Assembly: GCA_964106645.2 (NCBI GenBank)
Contig: OZ067039.1
DNA: 64,000 bases
Source: Podarcis pityusensis
Taxonomy: Eukaryota
Reading direction: 5' to 3' (one strand)
Position numbers and translations under genes: made by a program. This document shows, in pieces, positions 14,101-27,956 of this stretch. The notes below the pieces were generated by a model that saw nothing but the letters and a program-made list of their open reading frames with translations, made no database searches and had not been told where the DNA came from. Every line of letters starts with the position of its first letter. Positions within the stretch are counted from its first letter, which is position 1.

Positions 14101-17100
14101 TCCATATCCTAGTCCAACACACCACGACATCACATGGTCTCATTGATTTTTTTAGTCAAGCTATTAAAACATGGGATGGCTTCCCAACTCAGCATGGCCT
14201 TGGGCAATGCTGATTATTTGGATCCATTTCAATTTGTCTTCAGACCTGGGTTTGGGACAGAACAGCCTCTGTTTCGCCAGTGGATGGCTTCCATTAGGGA
14301 ATGGCTTGTGATTGTGTCCCTGTTGGTTCTTTTACAGCTCTTAGTGGCTTTCAACATCGATGACCATGGCATTCTTCTGCGCCATCTTGCTAAGTTGGGT
14401 CTGAGGAGGGGAGAGTATATGTTAGCACTGGTCCTTTCTGGAAGCTTTCCCACCTAGTTTACCCATTGTATGGCATAGGATGCTAAAAGTTCATATCCCC
14501 CAATGCGTCCTGACCCAAATAAGGCTGCTGTCCCGATTCTTTAATCAGCTGCATATCGAGGAGAAGCTCAGCATACGGAGCTGCTTCTTTCACTGCCAGG
14601 GGCATCGCTTGGTACTTAAAGAACCTGGGAAACAGATCATGGTGCAGATTTGCATAAATGTACAGTGTGCCTCTGGGTAAATTAAGATGGCAAGGCTATT
14701 GCTAGCACTGCACTTAGCTGCACAGTAAGCAAAGTTTGCTTTTTTTAATTTAAAAAGGAGGCGGAGGAAAGGGGATCTGGGGCACAGCACAAAATTCAGT
14801 TCCCCAAGCGGTGCCCCTGGTCTCTGCTACCCTATAATGGACTTTACGGACCTTGGCATGCAGCTGTTCAAGGAACAGGAGCCTTATTTGGGGCAGAGAG
14901 GGCTCTTTCCCTGGAGGCATTGCTCTACTCATTTGGCTGGCTTGCAGTAAATGCTCCAGCGTAACAGCTTTGCTTGCTAGCTTCATTCTGCCGAAACCAG
15001 AAACATTAACTGTTTGCCGTCCCCACGCTTCTCTTTTCACTTACCAGGACCATGCAGTAACAGGATGGCTTTTCTGTCCTCCTGTTGGATAATAATTCCC
15101 ATTGTCTTTCCACCTTACTTTGGATTCAGTTCTGGGGGCACAGCGCTTGCCCCAAAGTCTTGTCATTGCCTAGTTGTGCGCCAGTTCAGAGACTGAAGCA
15201 GCAACGGATCAATATCTGATGTATGAGGGTTTCATTAACTAGAGTGGCCTGCTCTTCTTTTTGTATGTAGAGCTTGTCTGAAAAGAGTTCTTCTCTCTGC
15301 CTACTCATTTGGGGCAGAAGTCATTATGGGGCTCCTTTAGTTCCCCTTCTGAGTCTCAGGCACCGAATACAGTGTGAGAACTGGTAGCTCAGCCTTGTTA
15401 AAGAGCCTTTTGCAACGTTGATACAGCCACCTTTCTTTGAAGTGTCATCTACTGGGCATTTACCCCTTGGCAAATCTCAGCAGCAGATACCACCCTGCAG
15501 TGTTCATTCATTTTAATAGGTTTGTATCCTGATTCTTCCTCCCCAAGGGCCTTAGTTTGCCTACCCATGGTTTAAAGCATACAACATTTTGTAAACTATT
15601 GGATGAGGGATGGGCTTTTCTGGAGTCGCTTATGCCAAGGGAAGTGCCAACCTTTCATGGGTATTCTCTTCTCTGATTCTGCCTCTTCTGTTGATTGATC
15701 TGGCTTATACCTCTCCTGAGCACCTCCCTCTTCTCTCTCTGCTGCTTGCTATCATGGAGAGATTTTTTTTTCTCAGAAACGATGGCTCATTTTTTCACAA
15801 ACGGGGAGTTGCCTCTGTGTGTGTAAAAAAATAAAAATCACACATATTTTACTTTGGGTGCTGGTTGTCAGGGTCCTGAACCCTATTAGTTTGTGGGCCA
15901 ATTATTTTGCTTTGCTCTACTGTGGGTAAGAAGCAATAGAACTGGAGCCACATGCTAAGGGAATTACTTGGTTTGTTTTGTTCCTGTGCTAATAGATCCT
16001 AAAGCTTATCAAACTATTATGAAATGGGATTTCCGTAAACTTTCACTTTCCAGCAGTCTAGCATTTAGCTGCCAGAAGGAACATTATGTTGAACTTTCGA
16101 TAGATGAGAAAGCTAGAGTTGTGTGTTTCCAGAAGTACTGGGGAGAACTTCCAGAGGGATAGATGTAATACATAAAAAACCCAAGAGTCTTCTGGCACCT
16201 TAAAGACTAATTGGAGGAGGGCATTCTCCCCCTTTTTGATGCACCTTACAGGCAAACAAACTTTGTTAAGATATGTTTTTATGGGCTTCATCAGATGCTT
16301 GGAGTGCGATCCTTGGTTGTTGAGTATATTCACTTATGAGTTTAAAGACAGGAAACGTAAATTTGAAATTAAATGGTAATATAATGCAGTCTGTGATAAT
16401 TCAGTTAGATATTAAATTTGCAGCAGCCGTAATTGATAATCTTAGTGTTGTTGATTAAATTAACACCTGTGGAGGGAGAGGAAATCATTGTTTCCATTTG
16501 TTGCCCCCCTCCCGGAAACCCGTGTCCTCACTGTGGAAAGATGTGTGGATCCAGAATTGGCCTCCACAGTCACTTATGGACTCATTGTTAAGCCTGTGTT
16601 CATGGAAGACCATCTTACTCAGCTACGAGTGATCGCCGAAGAAGATGATTTTTATATGAGCAATTCCAGGTGATTAGGAGATCCAGAAAAAGAATAGTGA
16701 GGTTGAGTTTTAGTGGAAACGTATCAGATGAATATGGAAGCTTTTCTGTGTTCTCCTTTTTAAGACAGGGGACCCATGCTGTTAGCTGTCTAATGTAAGC
16801 TTGTTCTTGAAGTGTTTGGCAGACACCTGTGCACTTTCTTGCTGCCACGTCCTCCGCAGCTGGGATGTGCACCTGTGCTTGTGGAGATAAGCTTGCCAGT
16901 TCCCGTTGTGCCTTGTTTCAGCTGCTGTTCAGCTTGGTGCTGCAGGGATTCTGGCCCCATTGAAGAAGCTCTTTACGAGCCTCTTGAGACATAAGGGAGC
17001 CAGTTGTGGAATCAGAAGAAAAAACACGAGGATGTAATGAATCCTGTTTGCTGGACTGTCTGTTTCATTCTCCATGAGTTCTCACAGAAGAAATTGCACA

Positions 17101-20100
17101 CTTATCACCTAACTGGCCTTTTATGGATTCCCCATTAGTCAGGTTTGCCACACTCCTGCCAATCTTTCCTCTTAAACTCTGGCCATCTCAGGTTTCCCTG
17201 TCTCTTCCAGAAACAGAGTCATGTCTCTTGCCTGCTCCGCAGGTTCCAAGTAGGGCTCCCAGTTCTCGACAAGAGTGCTAATCTGATATTGCTTTGCACA
17301 TCCTGGGAGAAGCAGCAATAGCACCACCTTTGCCAGTGAGACTTCTCTTGCCCTGTGCAGCTGATTAGATTGGATTAGAAGTTCAAGGTGGACTGGAATG
17401 TGTTTGAACTTGAGGCTTGCGCCAGACAAGTTTTCTCTGAGACTGTGTAATAAGAGATGCAAGGAAGAAGAGTTCAAACTGAGTTTATTTGCAGAAGCAC
17501 AAAAAGGATGGACCTCTCTGCAGCTTTTTGTGTCTCACTATAACCACCAACGCAGGATAAAACACGATCTATTTTAAGACAAAAATAGTTTTGTGGAAAG
17601 CATAATGCTGTGTCAATTCTGTGACACATCAAACATTGTTTGTACTCCCTTGTGCAGACAGCAGACATGGTTTGGATTTTATGCATTACTTTTAATACAT
17701 CGCCATAACTTGTTCTGTAAACTTTTGGCTTCATACTGTGTTAAAGAAACTGACTTTTAAAAAGCATGTAGAAGGGGCTGATGTGCTGCTTTGGGGACAG
17801 GTGTGTAAACCAGGCTTGTCATGATCCCCAGCAAATTAAGAGACAGCCAGTAGCCCTGTCGAAGGGAAATAGCCAGTCACTGTCTGTCTTGTCCAGGTTT
17901 GTGAGGCTGACCTTTCTGTTCTCATGGGGGCTAAAAACCTTTTAAGAGAACAGCTGAGAATTCACCAGCAGTTGCCAGGGCCTCACAGCAGCAACCAGTC
18001 TCAGCCTTTTTTGCTTTTGAAACCTTTGTAATTGGGATCCAACTGGCCAGTGCCTTCCTGCTCAGGTGGAACCAGCTTCGGAGAAAAGGGTCTTACACCT
18101 AGAGAAGTGGTCTTGAACTGCACCTACCAGCAAGATCCACATGGTGCTGCTCCCGATCCTCCTTTTTCTAGCAGGCCGGGAATCACGCCGACTCCTTACT
18201 CTGCAACTCTTACCCTGCTGCTTCCTTGCACTTTCCATGCACATCTATGCACACATGCGTCTTTGGCACCTGCATGCGTTACATTTTCGTGCACCTTCCT
18301 TTTATGTGCTGGCTGTTGCATAGCAACCACTGGCTCACAAGATGCTTAGAGCTGTAATAATGCAGCCGGATAAAACCGACCTAAAAATACCCCTTGCCCA
18401 AACCTCTCCTGGGCAGCTGGGAGGAGTGGCTGGGGAGGAGCCAGGGGGGGCACCTTGGAAAAAGTTCCCAAACTGAATTGCCCTCTAAGTGGCTTTGTGC
18501 GTCTCTCGTCAGCTGTCCAGCGCAGCGGGAACAGTAACAGTTTCCTGGCAGGGAGCTGGGATTGGCTGGGCTCGGTGCGTGGGAGTCTCTGCTGCTCCTT
18601 CTGCTCCAGCCGGACTGGGGATCCCTCTCCTGCTGTGTCTCTTCCCTCCCCGCCCCCTTGCACTGTCTGGAAGAGAGGGAAGTGGAGGCTGCTGCTTGGG
18701 AAGCCATTTGGTGCTGAGAAAGTGGGCACCCTGATGTTCCGGCCTCTGCACCCCACCTTGCGCCTGGCTCTGACCTGCTAGGCCTTTCTCAGCTGCCCAA
18801 GGGCAGCACCCCCTGCCCAGTCTTGAGAGGGCATTGCCTCAAGGGCATCATCATGGGCACTGTCAGTGAGCTCTGTGCCTCCAGTTTCCAAGCCTTCCTC
18901 TTCCCCTCCACCTTGGTAGCCACCAAGCCAGGTAGGTGCTTTATCTTTTGCCTCTCCTCTCTATGTCCAGGAGTGTCTTGTGCTGATGCTGGGAGAAATG
19001 AGGTGCCGGAAGTTGGGGTGTGTGCAGTATGTATATTGTCTGTGGTGAGGCCAGGATTAGTCATCCTCTCCTATGCCCTGTCCCTTGCAAGCGAAGCCAC
19101 AACAGGCATATTGCACTGGTGTCCCTCTAAGTGAAGGCTGCTGGTGAAAGGGGCAGGGGCCACAGCTTCAGTGCATTTAGCTATGATGTTGCTTTCCTCT
19201 TGCTGAGATTTGGTGCACCGTCGTTCAGCCAAAGTGTAACCTTATCCGCTGGAGCTCAAAAAAAACACAGGTGACTGAATTGCTTTGGAATGAGGAGCTT
19301 GGAAGAATCCATCCTGCTGATTCCTTAGCTCAGGAACCAGTCTAACCTCTGTTGTACGGGTGGAAGGAAGAGGTGGCAATTGGTTCACAGCCTTATGTTT
19401 GGTTACAATAAGGCTGAACCCAGTTCTGTGTTTTGATCCCCTTGGCAATCTGTTTCCTCACATGCTCAGATACAAACTCCAGTCCATTTCACAGGCAATC
19501 TGCTCTGCTAGTTGTAGAATCATAGGATTGTAGAGTTGGAAGGTACAACGAGGACCATCTAGTCCAGCCCCCTGAAATGCAATACCTCAAGGACTAGCTC
19601 TCTCCATGTGAACCTACCTGGACCCTGAGATCATCCTCTGAGGCCCTACAAGTGGTCCAGGGGGTCGCAACATGAGAACGGGCCTTTTCTGTAGTGGCTC
19701 CCCATTTGTGGAATGCTCTCCCTAGGGAGGTTTGCCTGGTGCCTTCATTATGCACCTGTAGACGCCAGGCAAAAACATTCTTCTTCAACCAGACCTTTGG
19801 CTGATTATACCCTTTTAAATGTGTTTGTGGGAAGAGGTGAAGGGAGGAGGGTTTTAGTCGTTTTCTTCTTCTATTTATTATGTATTTTGTGTTTTTATCT
19901 TGTATTTTTATGTTGTAAACCATCCTGAGATCTACGGATGAAGGGTGGTATACAGATTTAATAAATAAATAAAATAAAATAAATATTTTGCCCAACATAG
20001 GCCACAACCCTGAATTTAAGAGTCCCATGCTCTACTCATGGAGATGTTGTCGTGGTGTCTGCACATTGTCTGAAAGAGTCACTTGTGCTAACTTTATACA

Positions 20101-23100
20101 TGTTGAGGTGTGTGTGTGTTTTCCACATATTCTTGTGAAGATTTCTTTTTTATTATCTGAAGTAAGTTTTCTAAAGTGCGTGAGAGCAGATCATTATTTT
20201 GCTGATGCCTAGCAATGGGGTTGTGGCTGTGACCTCTTTTTGACCTCCCTAGAGGAAGAGCATATGCTATAGTTGTCGTAGTTGTTGAAGTTGCATTTAT
20301 ATCCCGCCCTTCCTCAAGGTGGTTTACGTGGTTCATTTTCCCCTCTCTATTTTATCCTTACAATAACCCTGTGAGGTAGGACAGACTGTAACTGACCCAA
20401 GGTCATCCAGCAAACTTCATAGCTGAGTTTGGATTTGAACCCTGGTCCCCCAGCTCTAACCACTGCATCACCTGTAATGGGTCACAAACTCTGGACAGCC
20501 AGTTTGGTGTCTGCATTGTGGAGTATGATGAATGGAAAGGACTGTGTTACACAAAGGCGGCTGCTGAGGCCTTAGGCCAATTCCATTCTCAACCCCATTT
20601 TCACATTAAAAAACACACACCCTATGAGCTGCCTTACTGGAGGAAGAACCTGACTAAGGCAGCTTGCAGTAAAATCTATTCCGTACAGTAAAATAGCAAA
20701 ACAAACTGAACAGAGCCAGCAGCAAAATCGGGTAACCCTGGGAGGGGGTTTGAGGGATGGGTGTGTTTCTAGACCTACATACTGAATGCAACAGTCATGC
20801 AACTGTTAAACCAACTACAGTTTTCACCAGTATGGAAAACTGACAATGGGCAAAATTTCACCTGTGGAATGAATGTCTGCCTGTTGCACAGAGCCTCTAC
20901 TAAAGAAAGATTAGCAAGCTTACTATGTATGGGCACTTGATGAGACGGGCTTGTTTTCTGTCTCTTCTTCCTTGCTGTGTGACAACAGGATGGGTGGAGG
21001 GTACTGATTTGTCTGATGAGGGTTTGTGGTTTTAGGTTGGCGGGGAGGCTGGCAGGCCAGATAGAATGATCCAGGATTAAAGCCACTTCACAGTATGAGA
21101 CTGTTGGTTCAGGTACAGAGAGAATATAGCAGCCTTAGCACTGAAGCCTGTAACATTGAGTTCTCCGGTTCATTGGCTCAGCCCCAGGTTCTGTTATTCC
21201 TTGCATTCTGGTATTGAAAGTTTTGCTGTAGAGTACTTGGACCCAGGGAGTAGTTCTTGTGAGTTCAGTCTAGGGATCTGCAGCTGTAAAGGACAACTAA
21301 TAGAGTACATTGGTACCTCGGGTTAAGTACTTAATTCGTTCCGAAGGTCTGTTCTTAACCTGAAACTGTTCTTAACCTGAAGCACCACTTTAGCTAATGG
21401 GGCCTCCCACTGCTTCTGCGCCACCGGAGCACAATTTCTGTTCTCATCCTGAAGCAAAGTTCTTAACCCGAGGTACTATTTCTGGGTTAGCAGAGTCTGT
21501 AACCTGAAGCGTATGTACCCGAGGTACCACTGTATCTGATATCTTTCCAACAATTTTCAGAACCTGATTTTCCCTTTTTAAAAAGAGAACAAGTTTCTGC
21601 CCCCTAGTATTTATGAAAGGCAGTGTGAATATATGGATGGATTCTTTATAAAACCTAGCCAGGGAATATTGCTGTTTCAGACCCTTCCCATCACCCCAGT
21701 CCTTGTTATTTCTTGGGTCAACAAATCTAGTTTCGCTGTTTCCCTTGCTCAGTCTGACATAGGGTTGGTACACTGGTCAGTTGATTGCCTATTTATTTGA
21801 CCATTGTCCTATATGTTTGAATATTCCATGAAGGCAAGAATACCACTGCTTAGGTGGCAGATTTGCATTTTATTTCATTATGGGTTTCACTTCTTGATGA
21901 GGACTGCTTGCCTCTGTAGTGGTCAAAGGCAAGCCTAGCAACATAGAAAACCTTTTCCTACCAACCCCCTGCTACAATTGCAGCTATGCAAGTTGTTTTC
22001 ATTGGCAAAGGTTGTTATTTTAATTGCATTTTAAAACAGAACAAACAGCAATTTTAAGCTGACCCTGGAGTTTTAGGATAAAAAATGAAGGATAATCTTT
22101 CATTGACTTGTTCACATGTATAGAAACCATACTTTGCATTAATTCATTAGCAGCCTAACTTTTTGGGGATGGGAAGTTCAAAAACACAGAGTCAAAAATC
22201 CTTGGTAGTCTGCTGCATGTCACTTAGACCTACCAGTAGATCCCAGTTTAGCTTCTGTCTAGTACTGCTCCAGATGTTGTCCACCTGCAACTTCCACCAG
22301 ACTCAGGCAACATGGCAGTGGTCAGGAATGATGGGAGTTGCAGTCCAGCATTGTCTGGGTGGGCATCATGTTTATTCTGCCTCAGAACTTGGGGTTTTGG
22401 TTAAAGATTTTGAGGCTTATTTTTAGCAAAACAAACCAAGGTGAAATTGCCTGGTCTAGAAGATACCATATGTGGTTGTGCAGAACAGGGTATTGATTCC
22501 TGTTGCTTCACAGTGAATTTCCTGAAATACAAAATGTGGAAAGTGAAATCTCATACTAGATTAGTGACTAAAGCATGGTGGGTGAGCTTGTAAAGCCATG
22601 CAGAACTCTACAGGTGAGGAAGACAGCTAAATTGTGGAGGGCAGAAAGCTTGGGGTCTAGTTGCCTTTTTCTTCTTCTGCCTTATGAAGTATCCTGTGCA
22701 AAAAGACATACACCTCTACTCCCACAAAAAGATAGATCCATTCTTCTTAGGCATTCTTTTGTAGGACCAAAGTATCAACAGCTGCGTGAATTTCTACCAT
22801 GCAGCCTGGCAGTAGGATAGATACTGCAGAGTAATGGCTGGCAGCCTGCAAGCTCTTGCCAAACTTGGAGAGGAATTCAGCCATCGCCCAGTGGCTTACA
22901 AACAGGGCACAGCTGCAGTTTGTCATGAAGTATGTGAGGGGGAACCCAAGGGGCTGGTTGTGTTGTTCTCTCCACCTCTTCAGACGTTGGGGAGAGCCGT
23001 TTCCCATATGGCTGCTAGCTCCATCCCCAACAGTCAAACAGAAGGGGATTCTGCCTTGGCAGGAGCTGGGAGGGGGAAACGGAAGCCAGATGGTGTCCAT

Positions 23101-25718
23101 GGAAACGAGGCCTGTACTCTGCACAGCCAGGTGGCTCCAGGCAAAGCATGGCTGGGGCTGTTGTTATGCCTCAGCTGTGAGTGAAGAGGAGTGGGGTGAT
23201 GGGCCCTGTGTGTGTCTGCCTCTTAAAAGTGAGGAATTGGTTGCACTTCTGCAAAAGTAATGGGCCTGGCAGACTTAGAAATGGAGTCCCTTTCCTGGCA
23301 GCACTGAAGTCTTACTGTATCTGATGCAGCAATGAGAGGCAACTGTCATTAGGAAAACAGGATGTGGTCGCAGTAGCAGCTGAGAGCAGGAACTTCTTGT
23401 GGTGCCTTGAACCCGTTTGTGCCTGGCAACTTGGAGGAGATGGGCAAAAGTTTGTTGACAGCCAGATCTTGTCAGACCCTATTTAAACTAGAGGAGCACT
23501 CCAAAGTTTCTTAAGCTAGGAACAACTTTACAAAAACCATTGTACCCTCTCTCCCTAGCTAGACCAGGTCTTTCAGCTCAAATGCCACATTCCCTCAGGG
23601 GCAGGCTTCATGCTAGTAGTAAGCTGGTAGTAGTAGCTGGGTAGGGCTGTGGATGTGAATTTTCCCTTTGTATGGGAATCCACGCTAAAGCCGGAGGTTT
23701 TTATGCACAGGTATCTCTGGCCATGCTAGTATTACCACAGTGGAGGACAGCTTCCAGTCAGGCAAAATCACTCCAGGCTGATTTAGAGCACGGGTCTCAA
23801 ACTGTGACCTTTGAATCACTGGTGGTCTGTGAGCTTCATCCAAGTGGTCTGCAGCATTTCTGTGGATTTGCTGTTGAAGATGGCAATTGGCAAGTCCATC
23901 GCGTTAAATACTCCTATTGATTTTTAATAGCTTTTTTATTGCTCCTTTTATTATAATATTGTATTTTATTGCATTGCAATTTGAATTCTATGAAATGCAG
24001 TAAAATACAGTGTGTAAGAAATAAAAGAAGCAATAGAAATACAATTGCTGCAGCAGACAGGAAAGTCAGTAAGTGGGCCACCAAGACCCCCATATCCTGT
24101 GTGGGATATAAATAGGGAACCACTGCTGCAGAGTGTGGTCAGTGACATGTGTGGTCTGGGGAGAAACTTGAGGGATGGATAAAGAGGCCCAGAAAGCCGC
24201 ATTTGTCCCCCTCCACCGTGGACTGAAATACCCCCACACCTCCTCTAGGCATACAGATGAGGTCCCCAACTGCACCATACATTTAAAGCAGAATCATACC
24301 ACTTTATACAGCTGTGGCTTCCCCCAAGAATCCTGGGAACTGTAGTTAGTTGAGGGTGCTGAGAGTTGTTAAGAGAGCCCTATTCCCCTTACAGAGCTAC
24401 AGTCCTCAGAGTAGTGGCTTAACAGTCAGTCCCTCTTCCCAGGGAACCAAAAGGTTTATTCATTAACTTCTGATTAGATTCTTGAACTGCCTGGGAGCAA
24501 CTTTTTGAATGGCTCTGCACCTGTGTATGATTTCCTCAGCCACAGTTTGACCACTTCTGGTTTGCAACTGAGTTTGGGGAGGTGTGTGTCTTACAAAGCT
24601 TCGTTCTAGCCAGCCCTATCGTGTGGAGTGAACTGGATGAAGTTTTTGGGCAGATTGGGAATGTGAAGATGTGTGAATAAATCAGCAATGATGGGGAAGA
24701 CTTGGAGCATCACCATGTCCCTCCTTTCTAAGGTCCTCAGGGAGAAAATGCGTTATTGTGTCTTGGGAATCTATGCATTTGCTTGACTTCCTAATTGGCA
24801 CTCTATTGAGCCAGGGCTTTCCCACCTATTCTCTTAGTTTAGGTGCCCTCCTGTCTGCCTTTGGGCAGCTGTCTGGGTATGATGCTTTCTTTTAAAATGT
24901 AAAATCTGGGACTTGCCCAGCAAAAATTGCAGGGTGATTTAACAGTGATTCACGTATGTGCTCAGACACAGCTTGCAGAAGCCCTAGAGTGTAAGGAGTA
25001 AGCTGCAGTCATATAGTTACTGGACCATAAATGTGTGTAATTGCTTTTTGCAGTCTGGGGTAGAGGTGGTAGCAGAGAGATTATTTGTAATGGTTCATGA
25101 GTTTGTTTTCAGAAAGGAGTTCTCTCTGCAGTCCTCTTGATGGGTTGATGGGTTAAAAGACAAATGTGACCCCCGCTTGGGCCAATGCCTTTTTATTATC
25201 AGCAGAGGGCAGCACATGGCCAGCTATTATCTGTGCTGTTCTGTTACACACTTCCCCACATCTTACAGTGCATTTTCGGGGCTGAAAAAGTTTGCATGCA
25301 AATACATGCTTCATGGGGGGCGGGGCGGTGAGTGAACTGAAAAGCGTTGAAAAAGTGTGTATTTTACACAACAGTGTGAATTTGACACATAAAGTGCTCA
25401 CAAAAATGTGTGCAAATGTGTCCAACAGACCTATGAATGCCAGTGAGGCCTAAACTGGATGGAATTAGCTGCCTTTTACTTTAACTTGACTTTGAATGGC
25501 AAGTTATTAGCCATTCTGCAAGGCAGTGGTTCCTGATTTCCATGGACCACTTGAAATTGGTTGAGGGTCTTGGGTGGACCACTTCAAGATTTTTCTATTT
25601 GTTGTAGCAATTGTAACGTGCTGTGCTAGATTCTGTCATGTCACGTGTTCATTCCCAGTAATGTTCTTACCCTTGCAATCATCTGTACTGTAATGCTTTT
25701 GTGCTTTTGTTTGAAAAG

Positions 25719-25754
<36 letters not shown>

Positions 25755-27887
25755 GTGCTGTCCTGGATGCTGCATGGTTTATAATTATATTTTTATTGCT
25801 CCTTTCATTTCTTATGTATTGTATTTTACAGCATTTTGAAGAATTCAAATTGTAATACAATAGAACGCAACGTAAAAATAAAAGAAGCAGTAAAAATACA
25901 ATTTAAAATCTGTCGGAATATTTTATGTGATGGATTTGCTGCCTCCCATCCTCAGCCACAAATCCACACACAGTGCAGACTACCTGAACGAAGCTCATGG
26001 ACTTCAGTTTGGGAGCCCCTGTTTTGAATAAATGTCATTCAAAACAAAACACCACATGCCACAAATGAAGAATAGTTACCATGCTGGGGCATGGTGAATT
26101 TTTAAAGTTTCAAATTCCAAAGGTGAGGGGTGCTAAAAAATGGTAACATGACCTGAGGATTCAAAAGCTGTTTTCAGGAACGACTGGGCCTGTGGATGGT
26201 CTCATAACAGTTCTCCTGGTAGACTAAAAGCATTTATAACATGCTTTTCTTCACTGCATTAATAACCCACTTTTTCAAGGCGGCACACTTTGTGGTTCTT
26301 CTCTCCTCTGCCAGCAAGCTTCAAGGGGGGCTGCACAGAAATTTCAGCCAGTCTTTTCTCACCCCTAATATTGACACAGTGGACCACACTGGCTCTGCAC
26401 TCAAATGTGCGTAATAGTTTGTGATTCCCCACCCTTTGCTGCAGGCTTGGGAGGGGTTCTTTCTGCTATCCCACCCCACACAGATCTTGCCAGCTAGTGT
26501 TTACATCTGTCAAGCTGTAGTTTCCTCCTTGCCTCCAGAGCATGAGGGGGTTAACGGCCTTCTGGAGGCTGTGGGATCAGCACAGGAACAGGGCGTTGCT
26601 GGTTATCTCAGTCACTGCCAGGCCAGGACTGTGATGACGCCTATCCTCCAAGGCAAGGGCCGCCCATTGGCTGGGACAAGACTTGACTCATTCCAGGAAG
26701 CCACAGCCAGACAGCAAGTCAGACTCAGGTGTCTACCCAGCCGAACAGCACGTAACTGTGGAACGGACAGAGACAGTGGTCTGCAACATCTCTCTGCTGC
26801 TGGCAGCATGGTGCTCAGGATGGAGAACGGTGAGAGTGGCGCAGGGTGGGGAACCCCCGGGCCCCCTCTTTGGGTGGTTGGGAGAGTTGTGTTTAGTGGT
26901 GGCGACCACTAAAGGCTTCATTTGTGGGGAGCCATGGTCAAGTTGGATGTTGTACAGAAGTACGCACCTTCCTCTTTCATTAAACCTTTTAAATTTGAGA
27001 TCTTTTCCAACCTGCATTTGTATTGGAATTGTTTTTAAATAAGTTTTCGTTGTTTTATCTCTCACCGTGTGCTGCTCTGGAAGTGAGTCTGGAATATAAA
27101 TTTAATAAATACATAAACATGGGGTGAGTTCTTCAGAACATGGCCTTCCATGTTGCAGTGATAACTGACTAGTGTTCTGATCAGTGCTGTTTTTCTAGAA
27201 AAAGGGGTGCCGGAACTCACCAGGAACACCTCCCTCCTTCTCTTGGAATGGCAATGGCCCCCACCTGAGAGGTGCTGGAACTGAGTTCTGGCGAGTTCAG
27301 CTGAAAAAAAGCCCTGGTTCTGATAATACTAGTGAGAGTTGAAGAGTTCTTTGAGCTTCTGGCTCACTAGGAGCACATCCCATGAAGATATGCTGCCCTG
27401 GGGGGCGGCGGCGGGGGGGGGGGGTTTGCACTGGAATATGGGACAAGCAGTTACAGTAAGCAATGCCAGGTAGGCTTACTCCTGTAGGGCCACTGCTGTG
27501 GCCTAGATATTTGAGGGGTTTTTTTTGGTGAAGTGTCCTATTCCTGCTCTCAGCCGGGAGAGGCCCAGTCTCGCTGTACTTGAAAAGCAGGAGTTTCTGT
27601 TGGCAGCGCCCTGAGTGGCATGCTCCGGCATGCGTCTCTCCCAAAATACCTCTCCTGTCCTTTTCAGTTCCGCTTCAGCCCTTGGGCACCAGGGAGGGTG
27701 CTGGGAGAAAAGCACGTGGATTTAATGAGGCAACAGGCTGCTTCCTACGCGCTTAGGGCAGGGCTTCTCTACTTTCTCTGGGCACCACCTTGAGAGCAAG
27801 AGTGTTTAACATGGCTGTCCCTGAGCCACATGTGGATCCAGATGAGTGGGAAACGTGTTTGGAGAGAGGGTTGAACATGTTGCCCAG

Positions 27888-27956
<69 letters not shown>

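Noticed and set aside
16270-16300. Minus-strand CTGATGA hammerhead core in the Penelope-like fragment
   Set aside because: Stem II is largely deleted and GAAA is absent, so it cannot form a canonical ribozyme.
16488-16673. ORF containing AEEDDFY, resembling mammalian CYTH1 exon 1 (MEEDDSY), followed by AG|GTGATT
   Set aside because: It overlaps an RTE LINE 3' end read in another frame, and the donor is phase 2, incompatible with exon 2.
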